Below are positions 50,677-61,800 of a stretch of DNA of 64,000 nucleotides, in pieces (position 1 is the first letter of the stretch; every line of letters begins with the position of its first letter). The position numbers and the translations under genes are program-made. This stretch comes from an uncultured Spirochaetota bacterium. GTDB taxonomy: Bacteria > Spirochaetota > Spirochaetia > SZUA-6 > Fen-1364. The stretch spans positions 1,952,001 to 2,016,000 of the forward strand of contig CAWGAA010000001.1 in the NCBI GenBank assembly GCA_963820525.1, read 5' to 3'. The notes under the pieces are model-generated. The model did not search any database. It saw nothing but the letters and a program-made list of their open reading frames with translations, and was not told the origin of the DNA.

Positions 50677-51417
50677 ATGCCGGGATTCGATTTCTTTCGC
50701 AGGAGAACCAGGGGCTACGTGCCCAAGACCCCCGGCGCCGCCCTGCGGGCCGTGGGCTCGGGGGCCGCGTCCCCCGAGCACTTCATCTGGGAGAGCTGCT
50801 CATCCAAGCCCTTGGACGAGGAGCCGTTCGATCTCGATGCCATCGAGCGGACACTCTCCCGCCCTGACCTCGGCGTAGAGACCGCCAGGCTGCTCAAGGA
50901 GATCTTCGAGAAGATGATAGGCAGCAAGGAGCCCGAGACTGCCCTCTTCGGCGCCGAGGGGATCAACACGCTGGAGGGACGATGCGTCTCCAGCATCGAG
51001 GCGCTGAAAAGGAAGCTGTCGCTCCAGGAGAACGCGGCGCTCTGGCGCGCTCTGGCGCTCGCGTACTTCGCGCTGGCGGAGCTCCACGTGAAGGCCCGGC
51101 TGATCAGGGCCTTCTACCTGAAGGAAGCGCACGCGGCGCTTACGAAGTCCATCGCCATGCAGGGGGCCCTCGATAACGAATCCCTCGCCCTGGCGGTCGA
51201 CATCCTCGTCGGGCTCGGCCTTCACGATCAGGCCGCCCGAATGCTGGAGGGCGCCTCAGGGAAGGCGGATCCGTTCGTGACACTCCTTTCGGCGCGGGTG
51301 GCCTTCCATCGCGGGGAGTACGGGAAGGTGATCGGCCTGTGCCGCGCCCTGGCGCCGCACAGCAAAGAGCTTCGCGACGCGGACAGGCGCGTCATCGATT
51401 TCTGGACGGGGCGCTGA
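50677..51417 (+). CDS. PelE-like TPR protein
   Basis: ETALFGAEGINTLE, helical repeats, C-terminal FW; operon position. Confidence 0.55.
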   Translation: MPGFDFFRRRTRGYVPKTPGAALRAVGSGAASPEHFIWESCSSKPLDEEPFDLDAIERTLSRPDLGVETARLLKEIFEKMIGSKEPETALFGAEGINTLEGRCVSSIEALKRKLSLQENAALWRALALAYFALAELHVKARLIRAFYLKEAHAALTKSIAMQGALDNESLALAVDILVGLGLHDQAARMLEGASGKADPFVTLLSARVAFHRGEYGKVIGLCRALAPHSKELRDADRRVIDFWTGR

Positions 51418-51418
51418 C

Positions 51419-52840
51419 ATGAAGCGCATCACCGTCTGCCTCATCCTGGAGGGCTCCTACCCCTACATCACCGGCGGGGTCTCGGCGTGGGTGCAGGAGC
51501 TGATCGGCGCTCTCCCCCAGATCGATTTCACCCTCTATACCTTCTCTCCCAAGAGCGGCCAGGAGATCCGCTACGCTTTCCCTCCCAACGTGATCGGACA
51601 CAGAGATATCGTGATCGGACAGCGGAGGAGATCCCGCGGGAGGGCGCGGGGAAAGAGGGAGCTTCTGGCTGAAATCCAGGCCCTGCACTCCGCCCTCGCC
51701 TCCGGCTCCGCCCCCGCCTTGAACGAGATCCTCGCCCGCGCGCCCGAAGGCTATTTCCTCTATAACGAGGCCGTCGCGAGCGAGGAGGGCTGGGAGATGA
51801 TCGTGACCGCCAACCAGGAGCACAATCCCATCTACCCCTTCTCCGATTACTTCTGGTCATGGAAGTCGGCCCACGACCTGGTTTTCACCGTGCTGGGCGA
51901 TTCCCCTCCCCCCGCAGACATCTACCACGCCGTCTCGACGGGGTACGCGGGCCTCGCCGCCATGGCGGCCAAGGGCCGGACGGGAAGGCCCTTCCTCCTC
52001 ACCGAGCATGGGCTGTACCACAAGGAGCGCGAGATGGAGATAAAGCGGGCGGCATTCGTTCGCGGCTACCAGCGCGATCTGTGGATCGGGATGTTCAACG
52101 GGCTCTCCCGGATGTGCTACCGCTCGGCGGACCTCGTCATTTCACTCTTCGAGTACAACCGCCGGCGTCAGATGGACCTGGGGGCCGAAGCGGACAAGGC
52201 CATCGTGGTGCCCAACGGCATCGACATCGCGCGCTTCAGCTCCGTGATACGAAAAAAGAGGGGGGGCTTCCACGTCGGGTTCGTGGGGAGGGTGGTGCCG
52301 ATCAAGGACGTGAAGACTTTCATCCTCATGGCCAAGATCGTTTCAGAGGCGCTTCCCGAGGCGCGCTTCTGGTGCATCGGCCCCACCGACGAGGACCCCG
52401 CCTACTACGAGGACTGCCGGGCCCTCGTGGAGACCCTCCGCTTGGGCGGGCAATTCAGCTTCACGGGGAAGCAGGACGTGCGCTCGTACTACGAGTTTCT
52501 CGACGTGCTGGTGCTCTCCAGCATCCGCGAGGCGCAGCCCCTGGTCATCCTGGAGGCGTTCACGGCGGGGCTTCCCGTGGTCTCCACCACGGTGGGAAAC
52601 GTCGCCGAGCTCCTGGACTACGACGAGCGGTTCCTCGCCCCCTCGAAGGACGCGGAGAAGCTGGCGCGGGCGGTGCGCTTCGTGCACGGCCACCCCGACG
52701 AGATGGAAAGGATCGCGGCGGCGAACAAGGAGAAGGCGGGGCGCTTCTACGACAAGGCCGACGTCTTTCGACGCTACGGGGAGATCTACGGGAAGCTCGT
52801 GGAAAGCGACAGGGCATGGCGGGAATCGGCTTCGAGCTGA
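51419..52840 (+). CDS. pelF: GT4 glycosyltransferase PelF
   Basis: EGSYPYITGGVSAW, STGYAG, TEHG..KER, GRVVPIKD, EAQPL. Confidence 0.92.
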   Translation: MKRITVCLILEGSYPYITGGVSAWVQELIGALPQIDFTLYTFSPKSGQEIRYAFPPNVIGHRDIVIGQRRRSRGRARGKRELLAEIQALHSALASGSAPALNEILARAPEGYFLYNEAVASEEGWEMIVTANQEHNPIYPFSDYFWSWKSAHDLVFTVLGDSPPPADIYHAVSTGYAGLAAMAAKGRTGRPFLLTEHGLYHKEREMEIKRAAFVRGYQRDLWIGMFNGLSRMCYRSADLVISLFEYNRRRQMDLGAEADKAIVVPNGIDIARFSSVIRKKRGGFHVGFVGRVVPIKDVKTFILMAKIVSEALPEARFWCIGPTDEDPAYYEDCRALVETLRLGGQFSFTGKQDVRSYYEFLDVLVLSSIREAQPLVILEAFTAGLPVVSTTVGNVAELLDYDERFLAPSKDAEKLARAVRFVHGHPDEMERIAAANKEKAGRFYDKADVFRRYGEIYGKLVESDRAWRESASS

Positions 52841-54309
52841 AGAAGGCCCTCCAGCGCGGAGGGATCGGGCGGTTCGTCACGGTGAGCCTGGCCGGCACCG
52901 CGATCGTCGCGGGGCCGTGGCTCCTCTCCGTGCTGGGGATATTCCTCATCCAGCGCTTCGCCTCCGCCCTTCTGGCGCAGGCAGCCGCCCTGTTCATGGC
53001 CGTCATCATCTACTCCTACGCTTTCTCCCTCATCGCCTCCAGCGGCTTCGCCTACGTGTTCACCCGCTGGGTCTCGGACCTCATCTACGAGGAGAAGAGG
53101 CGTGAAGCGGGGGGAGCGCTCCTGGCCTATCTGATCCTCGTGGTTGCCGGCGCCGCGGCCCTCGGCCTGGCGGGGGCCCTGCCGCTTTCCCTGGCGGGGG
53201 TCGTGGCGCACCCCCGGCTCTTTGCCGCTTCCGCGGTCCTGCTTTTCGTCGCCATCAATGCGAGCTGGGTCCTCATCTCCTTCGTCTCGCTTTTGCGGCG
53301 GTACCTGGGGATCCTCCTGGTGTACATCGGCGGCTCCCTCGGCTCCTTCATCGGCGTCGTGCTCCTGGGCCGCGCCTTCGCGGCCGCCGGCGCCCTGCTG
53401 GGCTACGCCCTCGGCCAGTGCCTCACGGCCGCTGCGCTCTACGCAATGACCCTGGGACGCTTTCGCCCCATGAGCCTCCCCTTTTCCGGCATCGCAGCGT
53501 ACCTCCGCCGGTACCGCTTCCTGTTCTTCTCCGGCATGCTCTATGCCTGGGCAACCTGGGTGGACAAGGTCGTTTTCTGGCTTGCCTTCGGCACCAGGGT
53601 CCCCGGGGGGTGGCTCTCCATATTCGACCCCTATGACGCGCCTGTATTCTTCGCCGTGCTCACCCTGATCCCCGCTCTCATCTACTTCACCATAGAGGCG
53701 GAGACGACCTTCTACCCGCGCCTCCGCGACTTCCTCAAAAACCTCACCACCGGGCCGTACAAGAAGATCCAGGAGAAGAAGTACGCGATGATCCGCTCGA
53801 TGAACAGCGGCCTGAGGGAGCAGGCTCTCCTCCAGGGGATCTCCACCGCCGTCGGGCTTCTGCTGGCGCCCATCATCGCCGCACGGGTGCTCGGCGGGCA
53901 GGCATCCGTGCCGATCCTCCGCCTCACCCTGGGCGCCGTCTTCTTCCACTCCCTCTTTCTCACACTCATGATCTTTCTCTTCTACCTGGAGCTGTACGCG
54001 CGGGCCTTTGCGGCGACCCTCGCCTTCTTCGCGGTGAATCTGCTGGCCAGCCTGCTTCTTGCGCTCACGGGGGCAAGCGGACTCGCCGGCGCGAGCTACC
54101 TGGCGGGGGGCATCGCCGGCTGTATCGTCGCGGGCATCCTGTTGTCGCGCTCCGCGTCACGGATAGACCGGACGCTCTTCTCCCGGGCCGCGAGGAGCGG
54201 TGGGGTTGTCAAGGTGGAGACGGTCAGCGAGAGACGGGGCCGGGATACGGCGCGGCGACGTCCGGAACGGAAGGCCCAAGGGGCACGGGGTCGGGGAACC
54301 TCCCCATGA
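52816..54309 (+). CDS. pelG: Pel exopolysaccharide transporter PelG
   Basis: MAGIGFELKK, AGPW, WVDK..FW, YD.P.F, ET.FY. Confidence 0.93.
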   Translation: MAGIGFELKKALQRGGIGRFVTVSLAGTAIVAGPWLLSVLGIFLIQRFASALLAQAAALFMAVIIYSYAFSLIASSGFAYVFTRWVSDLIYEEKRREAGGALLAYLILVVAGAAALGLAGALPLSLAGVVAHPRLFAASAVLLFVAINASWVLISFVSLLRRYLGILLVYIGGSLGSFIGVVLLGRAFAAAGALLGYALGQCLTAAALYAMTLGRFRPMSLPFSGIAAYLRRYRFLFFSGMLYAWATWVDKVVFWLAFGTRVPGGWLSIFDPYDAPVFFAVLTLIPALIYFTIEAETTFYPRLRDFLKNLTTGPYKKIQEKKYAMIRSMNSGLREQALLQGISTAVGLLLAPIIAARVLGGQASVPILRLTLGAVFFHSLFLTLMIFLFYLELYARAFAATLAFFAVNLLASLLLALTGASGLAGASYLAGGIAGCIVAGILLSRSASRIDRTLFSRAARSGGVVKVETVSERRGRDTARRRPERKAQGARGRGTSP

Positions 54310-55060
54310 GGTACCGATACCGCTCGCTCATCTGGTGGCTTCGCTGGAATGTGCTCACGTTGTAGCGCAGGGGATTGGGAAGAATCGTGACCAGCCGGCG
54401 CTGCTCGTCGAGGGAAAGACCCGACGGCTTGGACTTGTAGTAGTAGGAAGAGGCCGCACCGATCCCGTACACGCCCCGGCCCCACTCGATATAGTTGAGA
54501 TACAGCTCCAGGAGCCTCTCCTTTTTCAAGAGCAGGTCCATCTCCACGGCGATGAGGGCTTCGACGTACTTGCGAAGATATGTCTTTCTGGGCGTGAGGA
54601 AGAGGGTGCGGGCGAGCTGCTGCGGGATGGTGCTCCCGCCGTACAGGGTGTAGCCGATCGACCTGTTCACGTTATAGGCGTCCCTGATCGCCGCGAAGTC
54701 GATCCCCGCGTGCGAGTAGAACCTCATATCCTCCACCCTGATGAACATCTCCCGGGCGGAACGCGGCACCTGGCGCAAAGGAACGAAAGCCAGAGGCTTC
54801 GCCTTCTGGTGCGATATGACGCTGCGATAGATCATGAGGGAAGTGACGGGGGGATTGCGGTGGGCAAGCACAAGGCAGGCGGCGAAAACGGCCAGAAAGA
54901 GCGCGACATGACCCGCCACGAGCGCGCCGAGGAGGAACCTGCCGAGCCGGGAGACGGCCAGCAGGAGAAAATCGCCGAGCCGGGAGGCGGAGCCTGTCCC
55001 GAAGCGGCGCAGGACGGCGGCGGCATGGTGGCGGATACTGTCCGGGATGCTTGAGATCAT
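54224..55060 (-). CDS. mtgA: Monofunctional peptidoglycan transglycosylase
   Basis: EDMRFYSHAG, GGSTIPQQLA, RKYVE, YLNYIEWG; start uncertain. Confidence 0.85.
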   Translation of the reverse strand: MISSIPDSIRHHAAAVLRRFGTGSASRLGDFLLLAVSRLGRFLLGALVAGHVALFLAVFAACLVLAHRNPPVTSLMIYRSVISHQKAKPLAFVPLRQVPRSAREMFIRVEDMRFYSHAGIDFAAIRDAYNVNRSIGYTLYGGSTIPQQLARTLFLTPRKTYLRKYVEALIAVEMDLLLKKERLLELYLNYIEWGRGVYGIGAASSYYYKSKPSGLSLDEQRRLVTILPNPLRYNVSTFQRSHQMSERYRYLMGRFPDPVPLGPSVPDVAAPYPGPVSR

Positions 55061-55187
55061 GGTGCGGATTCCGGGGGCACACGGTACGGAGTGCCGCCGG
55101 GAAAGTCAATACGTGCGCGGCAGGGCGCGAGACGGAGCGCTCTCCTTGAGTCTTGCGCGCCGGGCAGCGGACGGCTAGGATGGGTTG

Positions 55188-56165
55188 ATGCCCGCGGGAA
55201 AGACTTCATCCATCGGGGAAGTGAGGAGGCGGCTTCCCCGCGAGTTCATAGCCCGGCTCTCCGCGGAGCTTCCGCCCAACCTGGCGGACCGGATCCTGCA
55301 CGGCATGGGGGCAGACCGCCCCACCACCCTGAGGGTGAACTCGCTCTCCTGGGATGCCCGCTCCCTCATGCGCTTTTTCAAGGAGAACGCCGTAAAGCAC
55401 CGCCGCGTCTCCTGGTACCCGGACGCCTTCCTCCTGACGGATGCGCGCGAGAGGGACGTGGAGGCATGGGAGCCCTACCGCCAGGGGCGCATCTACATGC
55501 AAAGCCTCTCCAGCTTGATCCCCGCTCTAGCCCTGGAGCCGCGCCCGGGGGAGAGAGTCCTGGACCTGGCGGCGGCGCCGGGGAGCAAGACCACCCAGAT
55601 GGCTGCGCTCATGGCCGGCCGCGGGCTTATCCTGGCCAATGAGGTGAACCCGGTGCGCGCCGAGCGGCTCGCATACAACGTTCGCCTCCAGGGATGCGCG
55701 GCCGTGGAGGTGCGCGTGGGGCGGGGAGAAAAGATCGGGGCCGAGATGCCATGCCGCTTCGACCGCGTTCTCCTGGACGCGCCGTGCAGCGGGGAAGGTC
55801 GGTTCATCGCGGGCCGGCCCGCAACGTCCCGCTTCTGGTCTCCCCGGATCGTGGCCGAAAGCGCGCGTCTCCAGCGGAGGCTCATGGCGAGCGCCGTTGC
55901 AGCCCTGAAGCCCGGCGGGACTCTCCTCTACTCCACCTGCACGCTCAACCGCGAGGAGAACGAGAGAATCATTTCCTGGGCGCTGGAGAGCTTCCCCCTG
56001 GAGACCGAGCGTATCCCCGTGAGCATCCCCGGCGCGCTGGCGGGCCTGGCCGACGGCCTGGATCCCGCGGTGGCCAGGGCACTTCGGATCCTGCCCGACC
56101 GCGAGTTCGAAGGATTCTTCATCTGCCGGATGAAAAAAAGGGTCGATACGGCGGGGGGGCGATGA
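55188..56165 (+). CDS. RsmB/RsmF (NOL1/NOP2) RNA m5C methyltransferase
   Basis: DLAAAPGSKT, DAPCSG, YSTCT. Confidence 0.93.
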   Translation: MPAGKTSSIGEVRRRLPREFIARLSAELPPNLADRILHGMGADRPTTLRVNSLSWDARSLMRFFKENAVKHRRVSWYPDAFLLTDARERDVEAWEPYRQGRIYMQSLSSLIPALALEPRPGERVLDLAAAPGSKTTQMAALMAGRGLILANEVNPVRAERLAYNVRLQGCAAVEVRVGRGEKIGAEMPCRFDRVLLDAPCSGEGRFIAGRPATSRFWSPRIVAESARLQRRLMASAVAALKPGGTLLYSTCTLNREENERIISWALESFPLETERIPVSIPGALAGLADGLDPAVARALRILPDREFEGFFICRMKKRVDTAGGR

Positions 56166-56284
56166 GAACAGCTGCTGGTTTTACATTTATCATTATGGTA
56201 AAATGTCTTGCTTTGAACATCGGCTCGTCAAATCGACGGCACTGCTTGTGCGAAATCGGGTCAACGTAGTAGGATTATTCGGTC

Positions 56285-57475
56285 ATGAAAAGCAACATTT
56301 CGATTCTTCCGGTCGTCATGCGCTCAACTCCGAGGTACGTCATGCCGCTCGCCAAAGCTTTCCTGAGAAAGCTCATGGCAGAAAAGTTCGATTATTACCT
56401 TGGAACGGGACGCAGCAGCAGGCTCGCCCTCGTGACCTTCAAAATCACACCGATCTGCAACCTCTCCTGCAAGATGTGCGGCCAGCGCGGGAAAACAGGC
56501 GTGCTCAAGGGCCAGCGCGCTCTGGAGGAGGCGAAAAAGATCGTCCCCATCGAGCGTTACAGGGCTCTGGTCGAGGAGCTGGCGCCCATGAACCCGATCC
56601 TGTATATCTGGGGCGGAGAGCCCTTCCTGTACCCGGACTTCATGGACCTGGCTGCCTACATGGCCAAGAAGTGCCGTGCCTTCACCGTGAATACAAACGG
56701 CACCTACCTGGCGGACAACGCCGAGCGGATCGTGCGCGATCGGTGGGGAGGCGTCTACGTCTCCCTCGACGGGACGGAGGAGGTCAATGACCCAATCCGC
56801 GGGAGAGGCACCTACAGGCGGGTGGTCGAGGGATTCAAGGCGCTGAACAGGGAAAAGGAGAAGCAGGGAAGCAAGCTGCCCTACCTGGGGCTGGTCACGT
56901 GCGTGAGCAACATGAACTACATGCACCTGGAAGAGCTCATGGAGGAGGCGCGCCAGTTCAAGCTTTCCTGGCAGGTGATCAACCTCGGCACCTATTCCAA
57001 CACCGCCGTTGTGGTCAAGCAGCGCGCGTTCATGCAGGAGACCTTCGGAATCCGCGCCAACTGCCTCGAGGGGTTCACCAACGGCTACAACGAGGGAATC
57101 GACGCGAAGCTCTTCGAGGGGATCCTTACCCGGATCCAGAAGCTCGACTACGGCTACCCCATCCTCTGCGAGCCCGCGCTCAACGCGGACAAGATCGAAA
57201 AGTACTACAGCGATTTCGACGCCGCCCCCCGCAACCGCTGCATCTGCCCCTGGGTGCATGCCGACATCGACTACAACGGGGACGTGCATTTCTGCGTGGA
57301 TTTTCCCGAGTATGTGCTGGGCAACATCAAGGAGGAGAGCTTCCTCACCATCTTCAACAACGACAAGGCCGCCCGCTTCAGGAAAACGCTCCGCGCGGAT
57401 CCCGACGGAATCTTTCCCGGCTGCAGCCGCTGCTATCAGCTCATGCTCCTGGGGCGCAGGAACAGGAGCTTTTAA
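56285..57475 (+). CDS. Radical SAM protein with SPASM/twitch-like C-terminus
   Basis: CNLSCKMC, GGEP, CICPW...C...CSRC. Confidence 0.9.
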   Translation: MKSNISILPVVMRSTPRYVMPLAKAFLRKLMAEKFDYYLGTGRSSRLALVTFKITPICNLSCKMCGQRGKTGVLKGQRALEEAKKIVPIERYRALVEELAPMNPILYIWGGEPFLYPDFMDLAAYMAKKCRAFTVNTNGTYLADNAERIVRDRWGGVYVSLDGTEEVNDPIRGRGTYRRVVEGFKALNREKEKQGSKLPYLGLVTCVSNMNYMHLEELMEEARQFKLSWQVINLGTYSNTAVVVKQRAFMQETFGIRANCLEGFTNGYNEGIDAKLFEGILTRIQKLDYGYPILCEPALNADKIEKYYSDFDAAPRNRCICPWVHADIDYNGDVHFCVDFPEYVLGNIKEESFLTIFNNDKAARFRKTLRADPDGIFPGCSRCYQLMLLGRRNRSF

Positions 57476-57511
57476 GGGCCGCGCATTATTCGGCCGTCCG
57501 GCGGAGCGTTT

Positions 57512-58720
57512 TCAGGAAATCTTTTTCAGCTCGGACAACCGCTCATCTATCGCCCTCTCGTACACGGCGAGGAGCATCTCCGTGGTCTTTTCCAGCGTCC
57601 ACCGCCGCGAAACGGCTCGGGCCCGCTCCCCGGCGGCCTTCCTTGCATGCTCGTCACGAAGGTAGTAAAGCACCCTGTCCGTAAAGGCCGCGATGTCCTC
57701 TTCGACGAGCGAGCCCCCCTCTCCATCGGTCAACACTTCCTCGGTGGCGGTGGCCCGCAGGGCCACCACGGGGGTGCCGCAGGTCATCGCTTCCACCAGG
57801 ACGAGGCCCTGGGTCTCGGTCTTCGAGGAGAAGACAAAGAGGTCTGATGCCCCATAGATGTAGGCGAGCTTCTTCCTGTCGAGGTAGCCGGGGAACAGGA
57901 CATTGCCGCCAAGCCCCTGCGCCGCGGCTTTCCGTTCGAGGCCGGCCCGATACGGGCCGTCCCCGGCCATGAGGAGCAGCGCCTTGGGGACGGTGCGGAT
58001 AACGCGGCCCAGGCACTCCAGAAGGAAATCGATGTTCTTCTCGTGGGCTATGCGCCCCACGTACAGGAGAAGCCGTCTGCCGGCCAGTTGCGGCATGACT
58101 CTCCTGAAATAGGCGGCCTGCTCGGCGCGCTCGGCGGGGCTCATGGTGAACTCTTCGGGATCCACGCCGTTGGGGATCACCTCGATCGGCGTCTCCACGC
58201 CATAGGTGAGGAGATGGCGCTTGAGAAACTGCGAAGGAACCGTGAGGCGGTCCACCAGCCTGTAATCGCTTCGCGACCACGTTCTGGCGATGAGCTTCGC
58301 GGCCGCCGGCAGGAGGAAGGGGAAGTAGGCCTGGATGTAGTGCTCCCAATACGTATGGCATGTCATGACATGGGGCACCCCGGACCGCCTGCAATAGCTC
58401 TTCCCCCCGAAGCCGATGGTGAACTCCGAGTGGGCGTGAACGACATCCGGCTTCAAATCTTCCAGCAGGCGGGTGATCCTCCACCGGGCCGCGGGATATC
58501 CCAATCGATCCTCCGGGGAGAAGGGCAGGCTGAACGCGGGGAAGCGGATGATCCTTTCGTCGTCCGGCGGGGAGGCGTCGCCCTCGGGTCGCGGATACAG
58601 CGGCGCGAGGACGATGACCTCATGGCCCAGTTTCGTGAGGGCTCGCCGGAAGCCCTCGACAGCAACGGTCACCCCGTTGATCCGGGGCCAGTATGTGTCG
58701 GTGGTCATCACGATTCTCAT
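57512..58720 (-). CDS. GT4 glycosyltransferase (diacylglycerol glucosyltransferase-like)
   Basis: TDTYWPRINGV, GRIAHEKN, ETQGLVLVEA. Confidence 0.9.
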   Translation of the reverse strand: MRIVMTTDTYWPRINGVTVAVEGFRRALTKLGHEVIVLAPLYPRPEGDASPPDDERIIRFPAFSLPFSPEDRLGYPAARWRITRLLEDLKPDVVHAHSEFTIGFGGKSYCRRSGVPHVMTCHTYWEHYIQAYFPFLLPAAAKLIARTWSRSDYRLVDRLTVPSQFLKRHLLTYGVETPIEVIPNGVDPEEFTMSPAERAEQAAYFRRVMPQLAGRRLLLYVGRIAHEKNIDFLLECLGRVIRTVPKALLLMAGDGPYRAGLERKAAAQGLGGNVLFPGYLDRKKLAYIYGASDLFVFSSKTETQGLVLVEAMTCGTPVVALRATATEEVLTDGEGGSLVEEDIAAFTDRVLYYLRDEHARKAAGERARAVSRRWTLEKTTEMLLAVYERAIDERLSELKKIS

Positions 58721-58825
58721 GCGAACCCCAGCTCCTCCCGTCGACGATACCCCTTTTCCCGACGGAACGGCAACGCCTCTCCCCCTACCCCGAAACCCTT
58801 CAATTTGATATATAATGCACCGATT

Positions 58826-61800
58826 ATGTCCAGCAAACCCGAGACAACACGGCCGGCCGTCGGCATCTGTTTGGGCGCTTCCACTCTCTCCATTGTCCGC
58901 GTCGAATCGGAGCGCGGAGAATCTCGAGTGGTTTCGGTCGTGCAGGCCCAGCACGACGGGGATCCGAAGGCCGTATTGGCCGGCGCCCTCGACGAATACG
59001 ATCTGTCAGGCTCCTTCATCGGCGCCACGGGAAGGAAGTTCCGGCGGATCCTGGCCATCCCGTCCATAACGGAGCCGGAAGCCACGGAGCATGCCCTGGC
59101 GTACGTGAACGGGGAGGGAGCGCATTACGACGCCGTCGTGTCGGCCGGCGCGGAGAGCTTCATCGTCTACCAGATGGACCGCAAGGGCAAGGTCTCCCGC
59201 ATCAGCTCGGGCAACAAGTGCGCCTCCGGCACAGGGGAGTTCTTCCTCCAGCAGATCCGGCGGATGAACGTCTCGGTGGGCGAGGCGGTGCGCCTCGCCC
59301 GCACATCCCAGCACCCCCACCAGCTCTCGGGCAGGTGCTCCGTGTTCTGCAAGTCGGACTGCACGCACGCCCTGAACAAGGGCGAGCCGATCGCCGACGT
59401 GGCCGCGGGCCTTGCCCGCATGATTGCCAAGAAGATCGAGGAGCTGCTGGTCAAGGTCAACGCGCGCTCGGTCCTCCTGGTCGGGGGAACCACGCGAAAC
59501 GACGTTGTGGTGGGATACCTGAAGGAACGCTTCCCGAGGGTGGACGTTCCCCGAGAAGCGCCCTACTTCGAAGCCCTCGGCGCGGCTCTCTGGGCGCTTT
59601 CCACGGGGCAGGAGAAAATCCCGGCCAGGGGCGAATACTACAGGGACGCGGGCTCATCCTTCGAGTTCCACGAGCCCATCTCCTCCTACAGCTCCCTGGT
59701 GGATTTCAAGGAGATGCCCTTCGAGGAGCCCCGCCAGGACGACGAGTGCATCCTGGGCATCGACGTGGGCTCCACAACAACCAAGGCGGTTCTGGTGAGG
59801 CTGGCCGACGAGAAGATCCTGAAATCGGTGTACCTGCGCACGAACGGCAACCCCATAAAGGCCTCCCGCGAGTGCTACGGCTCCATAGCCGCGGCGCTCG
59901 GTGAAACGCGGGTGCGCGTGATCGGGCTGGCCGTGACGGGGAGCGGGCGCTACATCGCGGGGCTGCACGCCGGAACCGAGGGGATCATCAACGAGATCAT
60001 CGCCCACGCCCGCGCCGCGGCCCACTTCGATCCCGAGGTGGACACGATCTACGAGATCGGCGGCCAGGACGCCAAATATACGTACCTCACCAACTCCGTG
60101 GCCTCCGATTACGCGATGAACGAGGCATGCTCCGCGGGCACGGGAAGCTTCCTGGAGGAGTCCGCCCAGGAGACGCTGGGCATCCGCATGGAGGAGATCG
60201 CCGACATCGCCCTGCGCGCCAAACGCCCGCCCAACTTCTCGGACCAGTGCGCCGCGTTCATCTCATCGGACATAACCACGGCCTTCCAGGAAGGCATCGG
60301 CAAGGAAGACATCATCGCGGGCCTCGTGTACTCCATCTGCATCAACTATGCAAACCGCGTGCGCGGATCCCGGCATACGGGCGCCAAGGTCTTCATGCAG
60401 GGCGGGGTGTGCTACAACAGGGCGGTTCCCATCGCTATGGCGGGGCTCATCGGCCGGAAGATCGTGGTGCCTCCCCATCCCGGCCTCATGGGCGCCTACG
60501 GCGTGGCCCTCGAAGCGAAGAACATGCTCTCCCTCGGCCTGCTGGAGAGGAAGAGCTTCGACCTCGCCGCCCTTGCCTCACGCGAAGTCTCCTACGGAAA
60601 AAGCTTCGTCTGCCATGGAAAACCCGAGAACTGCGACAGGAAGTGCGAGGTGGCGATGATCGAGGTGGAGGGGAAGAAGTTCCCCTTCGGCGGGGCGTGC
60701 AACAAGTACTACAACAAGGTGAGGCACGTCCACTACGAGGTGGCGGAGCACAACCACGTGGAGACGCGCTTCCAGATGCTCTTCGACAGGTTCGCGGCGC
60801 CGCGCGCCGACCTCCCCGCCGATGCGCCGACCGTCGGGATCAACCGCTCCTTCCACACCCACACGCTGTATCCCCTGTATCATACATTCTTCACGGAGCT
60901 GGGTTTCCGTGTCGTGCTCCCCGACACCCCGCGGCAGAGCGGCATCGACAAGGGGATGACCAGCTACTGCCTCTCCGGCCAGATCGCTCTCGGCATGTTC
61001 GAGGACCTCCTCTCCAAGAAGCCGGACTACCTCTTCGTCCCCCAGATCAAGGAGATGCACGTCTCGGACCAGGACGAGTACAGGATCGAATACCAGACAA
61101 CCTGCATGTTCGTGCAGGGGGAGCCGTGGTACCAGAAGGCCACGTTCCTGCGGGAGCTTCCCGGAGGGCCGAAGCTGATCGCGCCGGTCCTCAACTTCAT
61201 GACAGGCTTTCACGCAGAGGAGCGGCAGTTCATCCAGATCGCGCGCGGGATGGGCGTCGGGACGGCGGAGGCCCGCCGCGCCCACAGCCTGGCGGTGGAG
61301 AGGCAGCACGAGTTCTTCGCCGCAATGAAGGCCGAAGGGCGGAGGATCCTCGCCGAGCTGGAGAAGGACCCTTCCCGCATCGCCGTCGTTCTCTTCGGCA
61401 GGCCGTACAACGCCTTCACCGACGACGCCAACAAGGGTGTGCCGTTCAAGTTCGCCTCCCGCGGGGTGGAGATCATCCCCTACGATTTTCTCAAGCTCGA
61501 GGAGGAGGAGAACTTCCGCGACACCTACTGGGAAATGGGCCAGAAGATCATCAAGGCGGCCCGGATCGTCAAGCGCCATCCCCAGCTCTTCGGCTGCTAC
61601 CTCACCAACTTCCTCTGCGCCCTGGATTCCATGATGGTGCCCCACTTCCGCGACCTGATGCGGACCAAGCCGTCGCTCACCCTGGAGGTGGATTCCCACA
61701 CGGCGGACGCGGGGGTCAACACGCGCATCGAGGCTTTCCTCGACGTGATGCGAAACTACATAAAGATCCGCGACAGCGTGCGGGATCCCGACGAGCCCTT

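Noticed and set aside
49294..50781. Long antisense or alternative-frame ORFs (also 26280-27512, 36970-38103, 60578-62086, 61756-63231)
   Set aside because: Shadow ORFs of GC-rich coding DNA overlapping well-supported genes.
54224..54309. 86-bp convergent overlap of pelG and mtgA as a regulatory device
   Set aside because: Both tails look like unstructured low-complexity extensions; stop-codon drift is sufficient.
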